Below are positions 39,841 through 49,349 of a DNA stretch of 64,000 bases, piece after piece. The DNA is taken from the NCBI GenBank assembly GCA_965230105.1, contig CBDDKG010000005.1, forward strand, positions 188,489 to 252,488. Reading direction: 5' to 3'. Position 1 is the first letter of the stretch; every line of letters begins with the position of its first letter. A program made the position numbers and the translations under genes. Under the pieces are notes generated by a model, which saw only the letters and a program-made list of their open reading frames with translations, made no database searches and had not been told where the DNA came from. This DNA comes from Roseivirga sp. GTDB lineage: Bacteria; Bacteroidota; Bacteroidia; Cytophagales; Cyclobacteriaceae.

Positions 39841-41928
39841 TTAATAGCTGCCGTGGTATTTACGAGTAAACCATTCCACCGAAAGAAGTGCCAATAATAG
39901 CAGAAGAATCCAGGGGTTATGAATGATTGGATTTAGTCTTTCATTGGAGCGGGCCAAAGGTCTTGGATTAAGAGCCTCTATGGCATTGACTGCTTGATCC
40001 GCCTGATGGAATGGGAAGAACCTCCCTTCCGAATTGTTAGAGATATTCCTTAAAAGCTGAAAATTAGCTGTGAGATCAATGTCTTCCAAAGCTAATTTCC
40101 GGATCGCAAAACTACCGCTGGCTACCTCGCGATTGCCCGCAAGGCTGGTGGATGCTGTATATCGATAAACCCCCGGCGCCAATCCATTGAGTTGATAGTT
40201 CTCAGTGGGTGTATTCACATAGTTATATTCTACGGTTTCGTTTTCACTGTTGGTGACTTTTAGGTCAATGTTATAGTCATAGACCTTTTCAAAGAGCTCA
40301 TTATAGACCTCAGTATTGAATTCCACAGGTTCACTCTCGAAATAGCTCTCTTCCGTAGTACTGACCCTGAAATTTCTTTTATCATCCTTGGTGGCCAGGT
40401 ATTGAATCAACTTGCCAAACAGTTCATTAAAGAGCTCTGGGGTCTCATAAAGACCACTTTCCTGAAGCTTCCATTTCCATATACCACTGCCTGAAAGCAC
40501 CGCTGACTTTCTTTCATCCCCATTGTAAATACTTAGCAGCGGTCTATTCGTTTGAACATTGCCAATCTTTTGATAAAGGAAGATATTGGCATTGTTCTTC
40601 AGAGTAAATTGCCCATATGGCGCTCTAATGGGAGGGTAGTCTCTACCTCTGCTGAGCAGCGTCTCGTCAATAGAGAACAGCTCAAAGTTCGGATTCAAAT
40701 TTCCTCCCACGAGATCAGATTGCCCGAAGCTCTGATAGCTGATCACTGGATTGGCCTGGTTCAGTGTATTCAGTGACCCTGTACCTGTAATAAACCAAGT
40801 ATTTGTTTTGTCCAACCAACTGGTCAGCCATGGCGGAAGATCTGTAACACCTGGAAGCTGGTGCATGATGAGCAAGTCAAAAGGTCCATCAGGGGTATCT
40901 TCTGTAATGCCATCCAGGTAGATTTGAACTTCCGTACCTTCTTTTGATTCAATCAGGCTTTTTAATGCTTTTACATCAGGATGAGGTGATGCGGCAGCAA
41001 TCAGTATTTTTTGTTTGCTATCGACTGTCTCAATAAAGGCCCTTCTGGTATTGTTGACAGTAGAACTTTCACCCTCTTTGGGTACGATTACAATATTATA
41101 AGCTTCTACACCAATGGTCTCAGCATCCAGTATGAATTCGAGGCTATTTACTTCTTGATTGCCTTGAAGGTTTATACTTTGAGAACTCACCAAGGCACCT
41201 TGTTTTCTTACTTCTACACTGACATTCTCATCCACATATCCATTATTGTAAATGTCTACCACCAAAGGAAATTGATTGCCCTGATAGACTACTTTATTGT
41301 AATTGATTCGCTTTATACTGAGATCACGGGCAGGGATGGTATCACCTACGCCTATACTGAAGACAGGGTAGTTTAGGGTCAGGAATTGTGGTGAACTGCC
41401 ATAATTGTGAATGCCGTCACTCACGAGTATCGTTCCTACCAGGTTTTGTTGTTCAAAGTCCTGGCGTACACCCCTTAGTATGCTATGAAGATTGGTGGCC
41501 TGTTGGTTAAACTGTATGTCAGAAGCATTGTCATAATAGCTTTCTATTCCTCTGATGCGTACATCAAGATCTGCATCCTCCAATTGATCGGCCATTGCAG
41601 CCACTTGATTTCTTACGTCAATAAACTGAGTGGAATCATAGCCATCGGGCAAAGAGGCAGAATCATCTACGGCTAAGACAACAATCGGCTTTTCCTCGAA
41701 AAACTCTATTTGATTAAGTAGAGGTCCCAAAATCAAAAAGCACATGATGCTGATCAGGGCAAACCTAAGTCCCGCTAATAACCGATTAACCGATTTACTC
41801 CAGGGAGAATTTTTGGTGTATAACAATGCCGCATATCCTGCACCAATCAACAGACATAATGGTATAAACCACGAAGAGAACTCTGTCTGAAGGGAAATTT
41901 TGGAAAGGAGTGTAGAAAGGTTATACAA
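39841..41928 (-). CDS. Membrane-anchored vWA-like domain protein
   Basis: N- and C-terminal TM helices; MIDAS-like VDDSAS, TNL and LVSDGIHN; C-terminal LSVEWFTRKY. Confidence 0.65.
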   Translation of the reverse strand: MYNLSTLLSKISLQTEFSSWFIPLCLLIGAGYAALLYTKNSPWSKSVNRLLAGLRFALISIMCFLILGPLLNQIEFFEEKPIVVLAVDDSASLPDGYDSTQFIDVRNQVAAMADQLEDADLDVRIRGIESYYDNASDIQFNQQATNLHSILRGVRQDFEQQNLVGTILVSDGIHNYGSSPQFLTLNYPVFSIGVGDTIPARDLSIKRINYNKVVYQGNQFPLVVDIYNNGYVDENVSVEVRKQGALVSSQSINLQGNQEVNSLEFILDAETIGVEAYNIVIVPKEGESSTVNNTRRAFIETVDSKQKILIAAASPHPDVKALKSLIESKEGTEVQIYLDGITEDTPDGPFDLLIMHQLPGVTDLPPWLTSWLDKTNTWFITGTGSLNTLNQANPVISYQSFGQSDLVGGNLNPNFELFSIDETLLSRGRDYPPIRAPYGQFTLKNNANIFLYQKIGNVQTNRPLLSIYNGDERKSAVLSGSGIWKWKLQESGLYETPELFNELFGKLIQYLATKDDKRNFRVSTTEESYFESEPVEFNTEVYNELFEKVYDYNIDLKVTNSENETVEYNYVNTPTENYQLNGLAPGVYRYTASTSLAGNREVASGSFAIRKLALEDIDLTANFQLLRNISNNSEGRFFPFHQADQAVNAIEALNPRPLARSNERLNPIIHNPWILLLLLALLSVEWFTRKYHGSY

Positions 41929-41947
41929 TGCTTAGAAGCCTAAGTAA

Positions 41948-42001
41948 AATCGGTTAATGACAGTATAACGCATAACAACGTAAATAAGCCATTAACCGAT
42001 T
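41948..42001 (-). terminator. 12-bp perfect inverted repeat with a 30-nt loop after fabG (probable terminator or processing hairpin)
   Basis: aatcggttaatg (41948-41959) and cattaaccgatt (41990-42001), with a U-rich tail on the - strand. Confidence 0.5.
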
Positions 42002-42033
42002 CGAAAATTGTAAATGAATTTTATGAATGGCGT

Positions 42034-42780
42034 TTAGGTCATCATGCCGCCATCTACAACAAGGGTCTGTCCTGTCATATAAGCAGACATATCTGACGCT
42101 AAGAAAACGCATGCGTTGGCCACATCTTCTGGTGAACCACCACGCTTCAATGGAATACCATCTCTCCATCCCTGAACGGTCTTTTCATCCAACTGATCCG
42201 TCATCTCCGTTTCGATAAAACCCGGAGCAATGGCATTAGATCGGATACCTCTTGAACCCAGTTCAAGTGCTACAGATTTGGTAAAACCAATGATACCCGC
42301 TTTAGAAGCGGCATAGTTGGCCTGGCCGGCATTTCCTTTGACACCTACCACCGAAGTAATATTGATGATCGATCCGGCACGTTGTTTCATCATAGTTCTG
42401 GTGGCTGCCTTTACGGTATTGAAACATGACTTTAGGTTCACATTGATCACCTCGTCCCACATCTCTTCCGACATTCTCATCAAGAGGTTATCGCGTGTGA
42501 TACCTGCATTGTTAACGATTACATCGAGCGAACCGAACTCGGTTACTACATCATTCACCAGTTGTTCAGCTGCATCAAACTCAGCTGCATTGGAACGAAA
42601 ACCTTTCACTTTAGTACCAAAGGCAGCAAGTTCGGCTTCTAATGCCTGTCCTCTTTCAACACTTGAGAGGTACGTAAAAGCCACATTTGCACCTTGTTGT
42701 GCATAGGCAGTTGCTATTGCTTTGCCAATGCCCTTTGAAGCACCAGTTACTAAAGCAGTTTTTCCATCTAAAAGACCCAT
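42034..42780 (-). CDS. fabG: 3-oxoacyl-ACP reductase
   Basis: VTGASKGIG, NNAGITRDNLLMRM, GNAGQANYAASKAG and IAPGFIETEMT; start ATG 42780. Confidence 0.93.
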   Translation of the reverse strand: MGLLDGKTALVTGASKGIGKAIATAYAQQGANVAFTYLSSVERGQALEAELAAFGTKVKGFRSNAAEFDAAEQLVNDVVTEFGSLDVIVNNAGITRDNLLMRMSEEMWDEVINVNLKSCFNTVKAATRTMMKQRAGSIINITSVVGVKGNAGQANYAASKAGIIGFTKSVALELGSRGIRSNAIAPGFIETEMTDQLDEKTVQGWRDGIPLKRGGSPEDVANACVFLASDMSAYMTGQTLVVDGGMMT

Positions 42781-42902
42781 ATAAATTGTTTTGAAGTCAA
42801 AAATTAAGCTTTCGGTTTTGTGCTCACCGAAATCAATCTTCAAATAAAACCAAAAGGATTAACTCATACAATTCCAGTATTTTTTTGTCATTGGATTTGG
42901 CT

Positions 42903-42910
42903 TAACTTTG
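42903..42910 (+). promoter_or_regulatory. Bacteroidota -7 element of lpdA
   Basis: TAACTTTG. Confidence 0.6.
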
Positions 42911-42944
42911 CGGCTCTTCAAAACGAGAAAAATCAAATAGAAAT

Positions 42945-44339
42945 ATGGCAACGAAATACGATTTAATAGTCATTGGAAGTGGCCCTGGAGGATATGTGGC
43001 AGCGATTCGAGCTTCTCAGCTCGGTATGAAAGTAGGTGTGGTTGAGCGTTCAGAGCTAGGCGGAATTTGCCTGAACTGGGGATGTATTCCTACCAAAGCA
43101 CTTTTGAAGAGTGCTCAAGTGTTTGAATATGTGCAGCATGCACAGGATTATGGAATCAAGATTGAAGGAGCGGAAGCCGATTTCGATGGCATGGTGAAAA
43201 GAAGCCGTGACGTGGCTGCAGGTATGAGCAAAGGCATCCAGTTTCTATTCAAGAAAAATAAAATTGATCACATTGCTGGTTTTGGTAAACTGAAAGCTGG
43301 TAAGAAAGTAGAAGTAACTGCTGAAGATGGCTCTAAAGTAGATTACTCTGCCGATCATATCATTTTGGCAACAGGTGGTCGTTCAAGACAACTGCCTAAT
43401 CTGCCGATCGATGGTAAAAAGATTATCGGTTACCGCGAAGCGATGGTATTGGACAAGCAGCCAGAGTCAATGGTGATTGTAGGTTCTGGTGCTATTGGTG
43501 TTGAGTTTGCGTACTTCTACCACTCAATTGGTACAAAAGTGACCATCGTTGAGTATATGGATCGCATTGTTCCTGTAGAAGACGAGGAAGTTTCTAAGCA
43601 ACTGGAAAGAACTTACAAGAAGGCGAAGATGAAAATCATGACCAGCTCTGAGGTGACTTCAGTCGATACCAAAGGTGCAAAGTGCAAGGTGCATGTGAAA
43701 ACCAAGAAAGGCGAAGAAGTGCTTGAAGCAGATGTAGTACTTTCTGCAGTGGGTGTTTCTACCAACCTTGAAGGTATCGGACTGGAAGACGTTGGCGTAG
43801 CTACTGATAAAGGCAAAGTGATCGTTGATGACTACTACAAAACCAACATCCCAGGCGTTTATGCGATTGGTGATATTGTACATGGCCCTGCTTTAGCACA
43901 CGTTGCTTCTGCCGAAGGTATTATCTGCGTTGAAAAGATTTCAGGCATGGATGCTGAGCCATTGGATTACAATAACATTCCTGGTTGTACTTACTGTAGT
44001 CCTGAAGTTGCTTCTGTGGGTTATACCGAGAAAGCAGCGAAAGAGGCCGGTTATGATGTGAAAGTGGGTAAGTTCCCATTCTCGGCATCAGGTAAGGCCA
44101 AGGCTGCAGGTGCGAGCGATGGCTTTGTAAAGGTGGTTTTTGATGCCAAGTATGGCGAGTGGTTAGGTGCTCATATGATTGGAGCTAATGTAACGGAGAT
44201 GATCGCTGAGGTTGTGGCAGCCAGAAAGCTGGAGACTACCGGGCATGAGATCATCAAAACGGTTCACCCTCACCCGACTATGTCTGAGGCAGTGATGGAA
44301 GCGGCAGCTGCGGCTTATGATGAAGTAATTCACTTGTAA
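42945..44339 (+). CDS. lpdA: Dihydrolipoyl dehydrogenase
   Basis: GSGPGGY, GGICLNWGCIPTK and HPHPTMSE motifs. Confidence 0.97.
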   Translation: MATKYDLIVIGSGPGGYVAAIRASQLGMKVGVVERSELGGICLNWGCIPTKALLKSAQVFEYVQHAQDYGIKIEGAEADFDGMVKRSRDVAAGMSKGIQFLFKKNKIDHIAGFGKLKAGKKVEVTAEDGSKVDYSADHIILATGGRSRQLPNLPIDGKKIIGYREAMVLDKQPESMVIVGSGAIGVEFAYFYHSIGTKVTIVEYMDRIVPVEDEEVSKQLERTYKKAKMKIMTSSEVTSVDTKGAKCKVHVKTKKGEEVLEADVVLSAVGVSTNLEGIGLEDVGVATDKGKVIVDDYYKTNIPGVYAIGDIVHGPALAHVASAEGIICVEKISGMDAEPLDYNNIPGCTYCSPEVASVGYTEKAAKEAGYDVKVGKFPFSASGKAKAAGASDGFVKVVFDAKYGEWLGAHMIGANVTEMIAEVVAARKLETTGHEIIKTVHPHPTMSEAVMEAAAAAYDEVIHL

Positions 44340-44372
44340 ACAAGACTATATATTTCTCCTGTACCCCACCAT

Positions 44373-44900
44373 ATTGACGAGAACGAACTAGTTCTCCGAC
44401 TGAAAGGTCAGGACAAAGAGGCCCTGGCTTATCTATACGATAAGTACGGGGCCGCTTTGTATGGTACCGTGGAGAGAATTGTCCAGAATGAAGAGCTGTC
44501 TACCGAAGTGGTGCAGGATATCTTTATGAAAATCTGGAATAAGATCGATCAATACGACTCTGGAAAGGGACGTTTCTTCACTTGGATGCTTAATATGGCA
44601 CGGAATGCGGCCATCGATAAGGTGAGGTCCAAAGAAATCAACCGATCGGCTAAAACTGATTCGATTGATGACTACGTATATACCATTGATAGTCAGAACC
44701 AAACTGAACTTCCTGTCGATGGTATTGGTGTGAAAGAACTCATGAATGATCTGGCAGAAGAGCAGCGATTTGTTTTGCTTAAAGTATATTTCGAAGGTTT
44801 TACGCATTCGGAGATCGCTGAAGAGTTTGATATTCCCCTGGGAACCGTCAAAACCAGACTGAGGTCTGCATTAAAACATTTAAGAAAGCGACTGGAATAG
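44373..44900 (+). CDS. ECF sigma-70 factor (SigK-like); start codon uncertain
   Basis: Region 2 LYDKYG..LY and FFTWMLNMARNAAIDKVR; region 4 TH.EIAEEFDIPLGTVKTR. The frame is open from 44340, but the first TTG/ATG/GTG is at 44457, so ATT 44373 is used here. Confidence 0.9.
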   Translation: MDENELVLRLKGQDKEALAYLYDKYGAALYGTVERIVQNEELSTEVVQDIFMKIWNKIDQYDSGKGRFFTWMLNMARNAAIDKVRSKEINRSAKTDSIDDYVYTIDSQNQTELPVDGIGVKELMNDLAEEQRFVLLKVYFEGFTHSEIAEEFDIPLGTVKTRLRSALKHLRKRLE

Positions 44901-44901
44901 C

Positions 44902-45699
44902 TTGGATATAGAAAAGTACATATCGTCTGGAATTTTGGAGGCTTATGCCCTCGATACCCTATCTGTTGAAGAGCGGAAAGGAGTGGAGGATATGCTCAAC
45001 CAATATCCTGAGCTAAAAGCTGAATTGGAAGCGATCGAGTTGTCTTTAGAAGCAATAGCTCTTAAAACAGCAGTGGCGCCACCGGCTGGCTTAAAGGATG
45101 CCATACTATCTGGTGTTGAAGAAAGTGCACCCGCCAAAGAAACTAAAGTGGTAGCCATGGAACAGCCATCGGCTACCTGGAAGTATCTGGTAGCCGCTTC
45201 AGTAGCACTGGCTTTGATCAGCGGCTATATGGCTTATGACTACCGTGCCAAGTGGAAGTCTATCAATGAAGCTTATGCGGAGTTGGCGAGTTCCAATAGC
45301 CTGATGGCCGATCAATACAACAAAGTCAACCAAAGGCTGGAAGGTATAGAAAGTGACCTGGCCATTATGAGCAATTCGGAGTTTTTGAGAGTATCGATGG
45401 CAGGAACAGAAAATGCCCTGGAAGCTTCGGCCAGTGTCTTCTGGAACAAGCGCACCGAAGAACTCTTCCTCAATATCCAAAACCTTAAAACCCTGTCCGA
45501 AGACCAGCAGTATCAGCTTTGGGCCATTATAGATGGCAAACCGGTGGATGCCGGAGTCTTTGATTTAGGCACTGAAGGCTTGATCAAAATGAAGAATACT
45601 GCCGCTCAGGCGGTAGCCTTTGCCGTAACCATCGAACCTAAAGGTGGTAGTGAAGCACCTCACCTGGAAACCATGCAGGTGATCGGGAATGTGGGGTAG
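44902..45699 (+). CDS. RskA-like anti-sigma factor
   Basis: SGILEAY.L, one TM helix, coiled coil, QYQLWAI.DGKPVDAG and FAVTIEPKGGSE.P motifs; TTG start. Confidence 0.88.
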   Translation: MDIEKYISSGILEAYALDTLSVEERKGVEDMLNQYPELKAELEAIELSLEAIALKTAVAPPAGLKDAILSGVEESAPAKETKVVAMEQPSATWKYLVAASVALALISGYMAYDYRAKWKSINEAYAELASSNSLMADQYNKVNQRLEGIESDLAIMSNSEFLRVSMAGTENALEASASVFWNKRTEELFLNIQNLKTLSEDQQYQLWAIIDGKPVDAGVFDLGTEGLIKMKNTAAQAVAFAVTIEPKGGSEAPHLETMQVIGNVG

Positions 45700-45711
45700 T
45701 TTCTCTATTCT

Positions 45712-45754
45712 AGCGCTCACCTGTCTGCCGATAGGCAGGCTTGTAGTGAGTGCT
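45712..45754. repeat. Nested REP-like palindrome
   Basis: agcgctcac...gtgagtgct encloses cctgtctgccgataggcagg (cctgtct/aggcagg stem). Confidence 0.5.
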
Positions 45755-45779
45755 GACCTTAACTATTTAATATAAGATA

Positions 45780-45802
45780 GGTCCGCACTGCAAGTGCGAA
45801 CC
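45780..45802. repeat. Short REP-like hairpin
   Basis: ggtccgcact-gca-agtgcgaacc; the single mismatch is G.U on the - strand. Confidence 0.45.
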
Positions 45803-45842
45803 AGAAGTACTCATATCCAGATACTCATATCTCAAGTCTCAA

Positions 45843-45906
45843 ACTACTACCACTAGTGATTCTGATACTAGTACTAGTGACTCACTTATACCAGCACTAG
45901 TGATTT
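45843..45906 (+). promoter_or_regulatory. Array of three ACTAGTGA direct repeats upstream of the heme-receptor promoter
   Basis: ACTAGTGA at 45852, 45873 and 45896; palindrome ACTAGTACTAGT at 45867-45878. Confidence 0.65.
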
Positions 45907-45934
45907 CCGGTGGAGCAACCGCCCTCTATATTTG
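45904..45934 (+). promoter_or_regulatory. Sigma70 promoter P1 of the TBDR-hmuY-DUF6607 operon
   Basis: TTT-N20-TATATTTG. Confidence 0.7.
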
Positions 45935-45939
45935 CATCT

Positions 45940-45958
45940 ATTAAGAATGATTCTAAAT
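45940..45958. promoter_or_regulatory. Fur-like 19-bp palindromic operator
   Basis: ATTAAGAATGATTCTAAAT, between the -7 box and the ATG. Confidence 0.72.
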
Positions 45959-45960
45959 AA

Positions 45961-48228
45961 ATGCAAAGAGCATCATTTATCGCGCTTCTGGTTATCTCAA
46001 CAAGCTTTCAGGCCTTGGGTCAGCGCCTCCTTTTCACCAATGCTGAGACAAAGGAACCAGTATCTGGTGCTGTCATCAAGCTGGAATCAATTGCTGGAAA
46101 AGGTAGTGCTGTAGCCGTCACCAATGCCAGGGGTGAGGTGACAATTGATCTCGCTTTTCCACTGATCATTCAGACCAGTCATCTGGCATATGAAGCCTAT
46201 CAAGACACCCTATATAACAGTGATGTCAATGCATTTCAGCTGGTGCCCAGAATCACGGAGTTAGATCAGGTGGTGGTCACAGGTCAGTTTAATCCTCAAG
46301 CGGCCAGTAATTCCATTTTCAGAGTACAAACAATCGATTCAAAAGAGTTTAAACAGCGTGGTGCTTTCAACCTACAAGAGGTACTCAGCAACCAGTTAAA
46401 TATTCGGGTGAGTCAGGATTTAGCCATTGGCAGTTCATCTATTAGTCTGCAGGGTATTTCAAGTCAGAATGTAAAGATCCTGGTAGACGGTATTCCACTA
46501 GTTAACCGCTCGGGTAATGGCAATGGTGCAGACCTGAGTCAGATTAATCTCCAGAATATTGAGCGAATAGAAATTGTGGAAGGCCCTATGGCCGTGAATT
46601 TTGGGGCTAACGCATTGGCTGGTGTGATTAACCTCATCACCAAAAAGGACTTCAATAGTAGAACAGAAGTTAGACTCGATATTCAGTCAGAGACGGCTGG
46701 CAATGAGTTGGGTCTGGATGCAGGTCGGCATGTGCAATCCATAGGAGTTAACCACAGGTTGAATGAGAAGTGGTCATTTCTAGTGAGCGCTCAGCATAAT
46801 GATTTCTTAGGCTTTCAGGGGAACGCTGGTGTCAGGCAGAATGAATGGAATCCGAAAAGACAGTGGTTAGGGAACGGCTTGCTGAGGTATCAGTCTGATA
46901 ACCATAGTCTACATTATCGCTTTGATGCACTCAATGAGCTTATTCAAGACTTTGGAGCAGCTCAAAACAACTTCTTGCCTTCAGGAGAAAATCAGCCCTT
47001 TGCTATTGATGAAACCTATGATTCTAGAAGGTATTCTCATCAGCTGCAGGCGGAAGGAAGATTACCCTTCCTAAATCGATATACTGCCTTTGCTTCCTTT
47101 TCTGATTTCGAAAGAGATAAGAGACGCTTTACCAAGAATATTGTCACGGGTGCCGAACAGTTGACAAACGGAGATGGTGATCAAGACCTAAGTACCTATG
47201 GCGTATGGGAGTTTGGTGGAACAGGCTTTTTAAGTCCTGCTAATGCCTTTGACTTACAAGTAGGCTACCAAATTTCACTGGAGCGTGTAGGAGGGGGGAG
47301 AATCCTGGATGCGGAACAGGGCATCGAAGAGTATGCAGTTTATACCTCTGCAGAATGGAGACCGGCTGCAAAGGCCACTTTTAGACCCGGTCTTCGTTTT
47401 ACCACGAATAGTGTCTTTGGCAGCCAGCTGATTCCATCACTGCAGTTTAAGTACCATCAAAGCGAGGCCTTACAATTCAGAATTTCTTATGGAGGCGGCT
47501 TTAGAGCGCCATCGGTACGGGAGCTTTACTTTGAGTTTGTCGATTCCAATCATAGGATTTTCGGAAACCCTGACCTGACGCCTGAGACCTCGAATCATTT
47601 CAGCCTGAATACTATTTCTAAGTATAAGATTGCATCTACCAATGTGGATGTAGATCTGAATCTTTTCTACAATAGTATTAGTGATCAGATCTCTTTGGGG
47701 CAGAATGTCAATGATATTACCAGCACCACCTACCTGAATATTGAGCGTTTTAAAACCTTGGGGCTCACCCTGACCCAGAAGGCTCAGTTCGGGGCGCTGT
47801 CTGCGAATATTGGCTTTTCTTATATCGGCCGTTTCAATAGAATTTCAGATAATGAGGAGGGTCTGGACGACTTCTTTTACTCTCCAGAGTTCAATGCTAA
47901 TCTTTCTTATCGCTTTTCAAAAAGCCGTACCTCCATCAATGCCTTTTACAAGTACACCGGCCGACTGCAGTCCTATTTCACAGATACAAACAGTCAGAAT
48001 GAGCAGGTGATCAGCATTGGAGAAATCAGTGATTTCCACTGGTTGGATGCTACCATAATTCAGCCTTTGAGTAATGCTTTCGAGCTGACCCTGGGTGCAC
48101 AAAATATTTTAAATGTAATCAATATCAATAATTCAGGTGTGGGTGGAGGAGCCCACTCCGGAGGACCTTCTGTACCCATATCCTATGGAAGATCTTATTT
48201 CTTAAAACTAAGCTATAATCTAAAATAA
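45961..48228 (+). CDS. TonB-dependent receptor, HmuR/FepA-CirA-like (probable heme receptor)
   Basis: CarboxypepD-like N-terminus, LDQVVVTGQ TonB box, ILVDGIP, IERIEIVEGP and RAPS.RELY motifs; adjacent to hmuY. Confidence 0.88.
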   Translation: MQRASFIALLVISTSFQALGQRLLFTNAETKEPVSGAVIKLESIAGKGSAVAVTNARGEVTIDLAFPLIIQTSHLAYEAYQDTLYNSDVNAFQLVPRITELDQVVVTGQFNPQAASNSIFRVQTIDSKEFKQRGAFNLQEVLSNQLNIRVSQDLAIGSSSISLQGISSQNVKILVDGIPLVNRSGNGNGADLSQINLQNIERIEIVEGPMAVNFGANALAGVINLITKKDFNSRTEVRLDIQSETAGNELGLDAGRHVQSIGVNHRLNEKWSFLVSAQHNDFLGFQGNAGVRQNEWNPKRQWLGNGLLRYQSDNHSLHYRFDALNELIQDFGAAQNNFLPSGENQPFAIDETYDSRRYSHQLQAEGRLPFLNRYTAFASFSDFERDKRRFTKNIVTGAEQLTNGDGDQDLSTYGVWEFGGTGFLSPANAFDLQVGYQISLERVGGGRILDAEQGIEEYAVYTSAEWRPAAKATFRPGLRFTTNSVFGSQLIPSLQFKYHQSEALQFRISYGGGFRAPSVRELYFEFVDSNHRIFGNPDLTPETSNHFSLNTISKYKIASTNVDVDLNLFYNSISDQISLGQNVNDITSTTYLNIERFKTLGLTLTQKAQFGALSANIGFSYIGRFNRISDNEEGLDDFFYSPEFNANLSYRFSKSRTSINAFYKYTGRLQSYFTDTNSQNEQVISIGEISDFHWLDATIIQPLSNAFELTLGAQNILNVININNSGVGGGAHSGGPSVPISYGRSYFLKLSYNLK

Positions 48229-48229
48229 C

Positions 48230-49315
48230 ATGATACTCAAAAAAGTAACCTATTACCTGGCTGTCATTGGCCTGTTTGCCATGACCGCCTGTTCTAACGA
48301 TGATACCCCGACTATCGATCCGCCAGCTACAGGAGCCATTATTGATCCTGCCGTGGGTGGTCCAACCCAGCCGAATCAGGTTTTCATTGACTTGTCAAAG
48401 GAGAGTCAGTCTTCTGTAAGCAGAAACTCATGGGATCTCGGTTTTCATACGGGTACTGATTTCAGAGTTATTCTGAATAATTCGGCCAGTACTTTGGCCA
48501 GATCCATTGACAAAAACGATTTGAATGCCATCACTGCTGCAGATACTGCTGGTTTTGGTGCACAACTTAATATTGATGCCATCTTTGGAGCCCTATTTGG
48601 TCCACCACCAGCATGGTTATTCAGTGCTGCAAGCTGGTCTGATGACCCTTCAGGTGACTTAACCAAGACCGCTATTGCTGAAGTATCAGCTACGGATGCT
48701 GATAATCAAGTATATATCATCAACAGAGGAAAGAACCCTGATGGTTCTCCAAGAGGTTGGATGAAGATCCGTACCCTGAGAAACTCAAATGGCTATACCC
48801 TGCAGTATGCCGAAATTGGTGCGACAAGTTTCCAGGAACTGAATATCACGAAAAACAATGATGTTGACTTTGTTCCGGTAAGTTTCGACAATGGTATTAT
48901 CACTTCAATTCCTGAAAAGAATGATTGGGATTTTGTCTTTACCATTTTCACAAACCTCTTACCGATAAGTCAGGACGTTTCCATCCCTTACGCCATTAGA
49001 GATTACATCTTAATCAATGCCAATAGAGTAGAGGTGGCCATGGTAGAGATCGCGGCTGGCACTAGCTACGAAGACTTTGCCATTGGTGCCGTTGGTGCTT
49101 TGAATTTTTCCACTGAAGTAGCCGCCATTGGTAGTGGCTGGAGAAATGTGGCACAACCAGGTTCTAACGTTGAAACCGGCATTAAAGATGACATCTTCTA
49201 TGTGGTGAAGGATACTGACGAGAACTATTACAAACTACGCTTTACTCGCCTTGTGGATGCGCAACCCGGAGACAGAGGAAACCCTCAGTTTCAGTATGAA
49301 CTGCTAGTCCAATAA
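48230..49315 (+). CDS. hmuY: HmuY family lipoprotein
   Basis: Lipobox MTAC followed by acidic SNDD; NQVFIDLS, WDLGF, WDFVF and YYKLRF motifs. Confidence 0.82.
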   Translation: MILKKVTYYLAVIGLFAMTACSNDDTPTIDPPATGAIIDPAVGGPTQPNQVFIDLSKESQSSVSRNSWDLGFHTGTDFRVILNNSASTLARSIDKNDLNAITAADTAGFGAQLNIDAIFGALFGPPPAWLFSAASWSDDPSGDLTKTAIAEVSATDADNQVYIINRGKNPDGSPRGWMKIRTLRNSNGYTLQYAEIGATSFQELNITKNNDVDFVPVSFDNGIITSIPEKNDWDFVFTIFTNLLPISQDVSIPYAIRDYILINANRVEVAMVEIAAGTSYEDFAIGAVGALNFSTEVAAIGSGWRNVAQPGSNVETGIKDDIFYVVKDTDENYYKLRFTRLVDAQPGDRGNPQFQYELLVQ

Positions 49316-49349
49316 GACTGAAATCACGAACTATTATAACAGACTGAAT

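Noticed and set aside
42317-42706. Long antisense ORFs over fabG, the SDR (28958-29326), lpdA, the helicase and the TBDRs
   Set aside because: These are typical codon-bias shadows of well-supported genes on the opposite strand.
45808-45906. Short repeats as a degenerate CRISPR array
   Set aside because: Units are 8-10 bp with 15-23 bp periods, there are no cas genes, and the position fits promoter elements.
45843-45906. OxyR site (ATAG-N7-CTAT phasing)
   Set aside because: CTAG spacings are 15, 6 and 23 bp, not about 11 bp.
45700-45960. Possible cobalamin riboswitch in the long region upstream of a TonB receptor
   Set aside because: No B12-box or GGGAA...GGTG...AATCC pattern was seen. The promoter lies only about 25 nt before the ATG, leaving no room for a leader.
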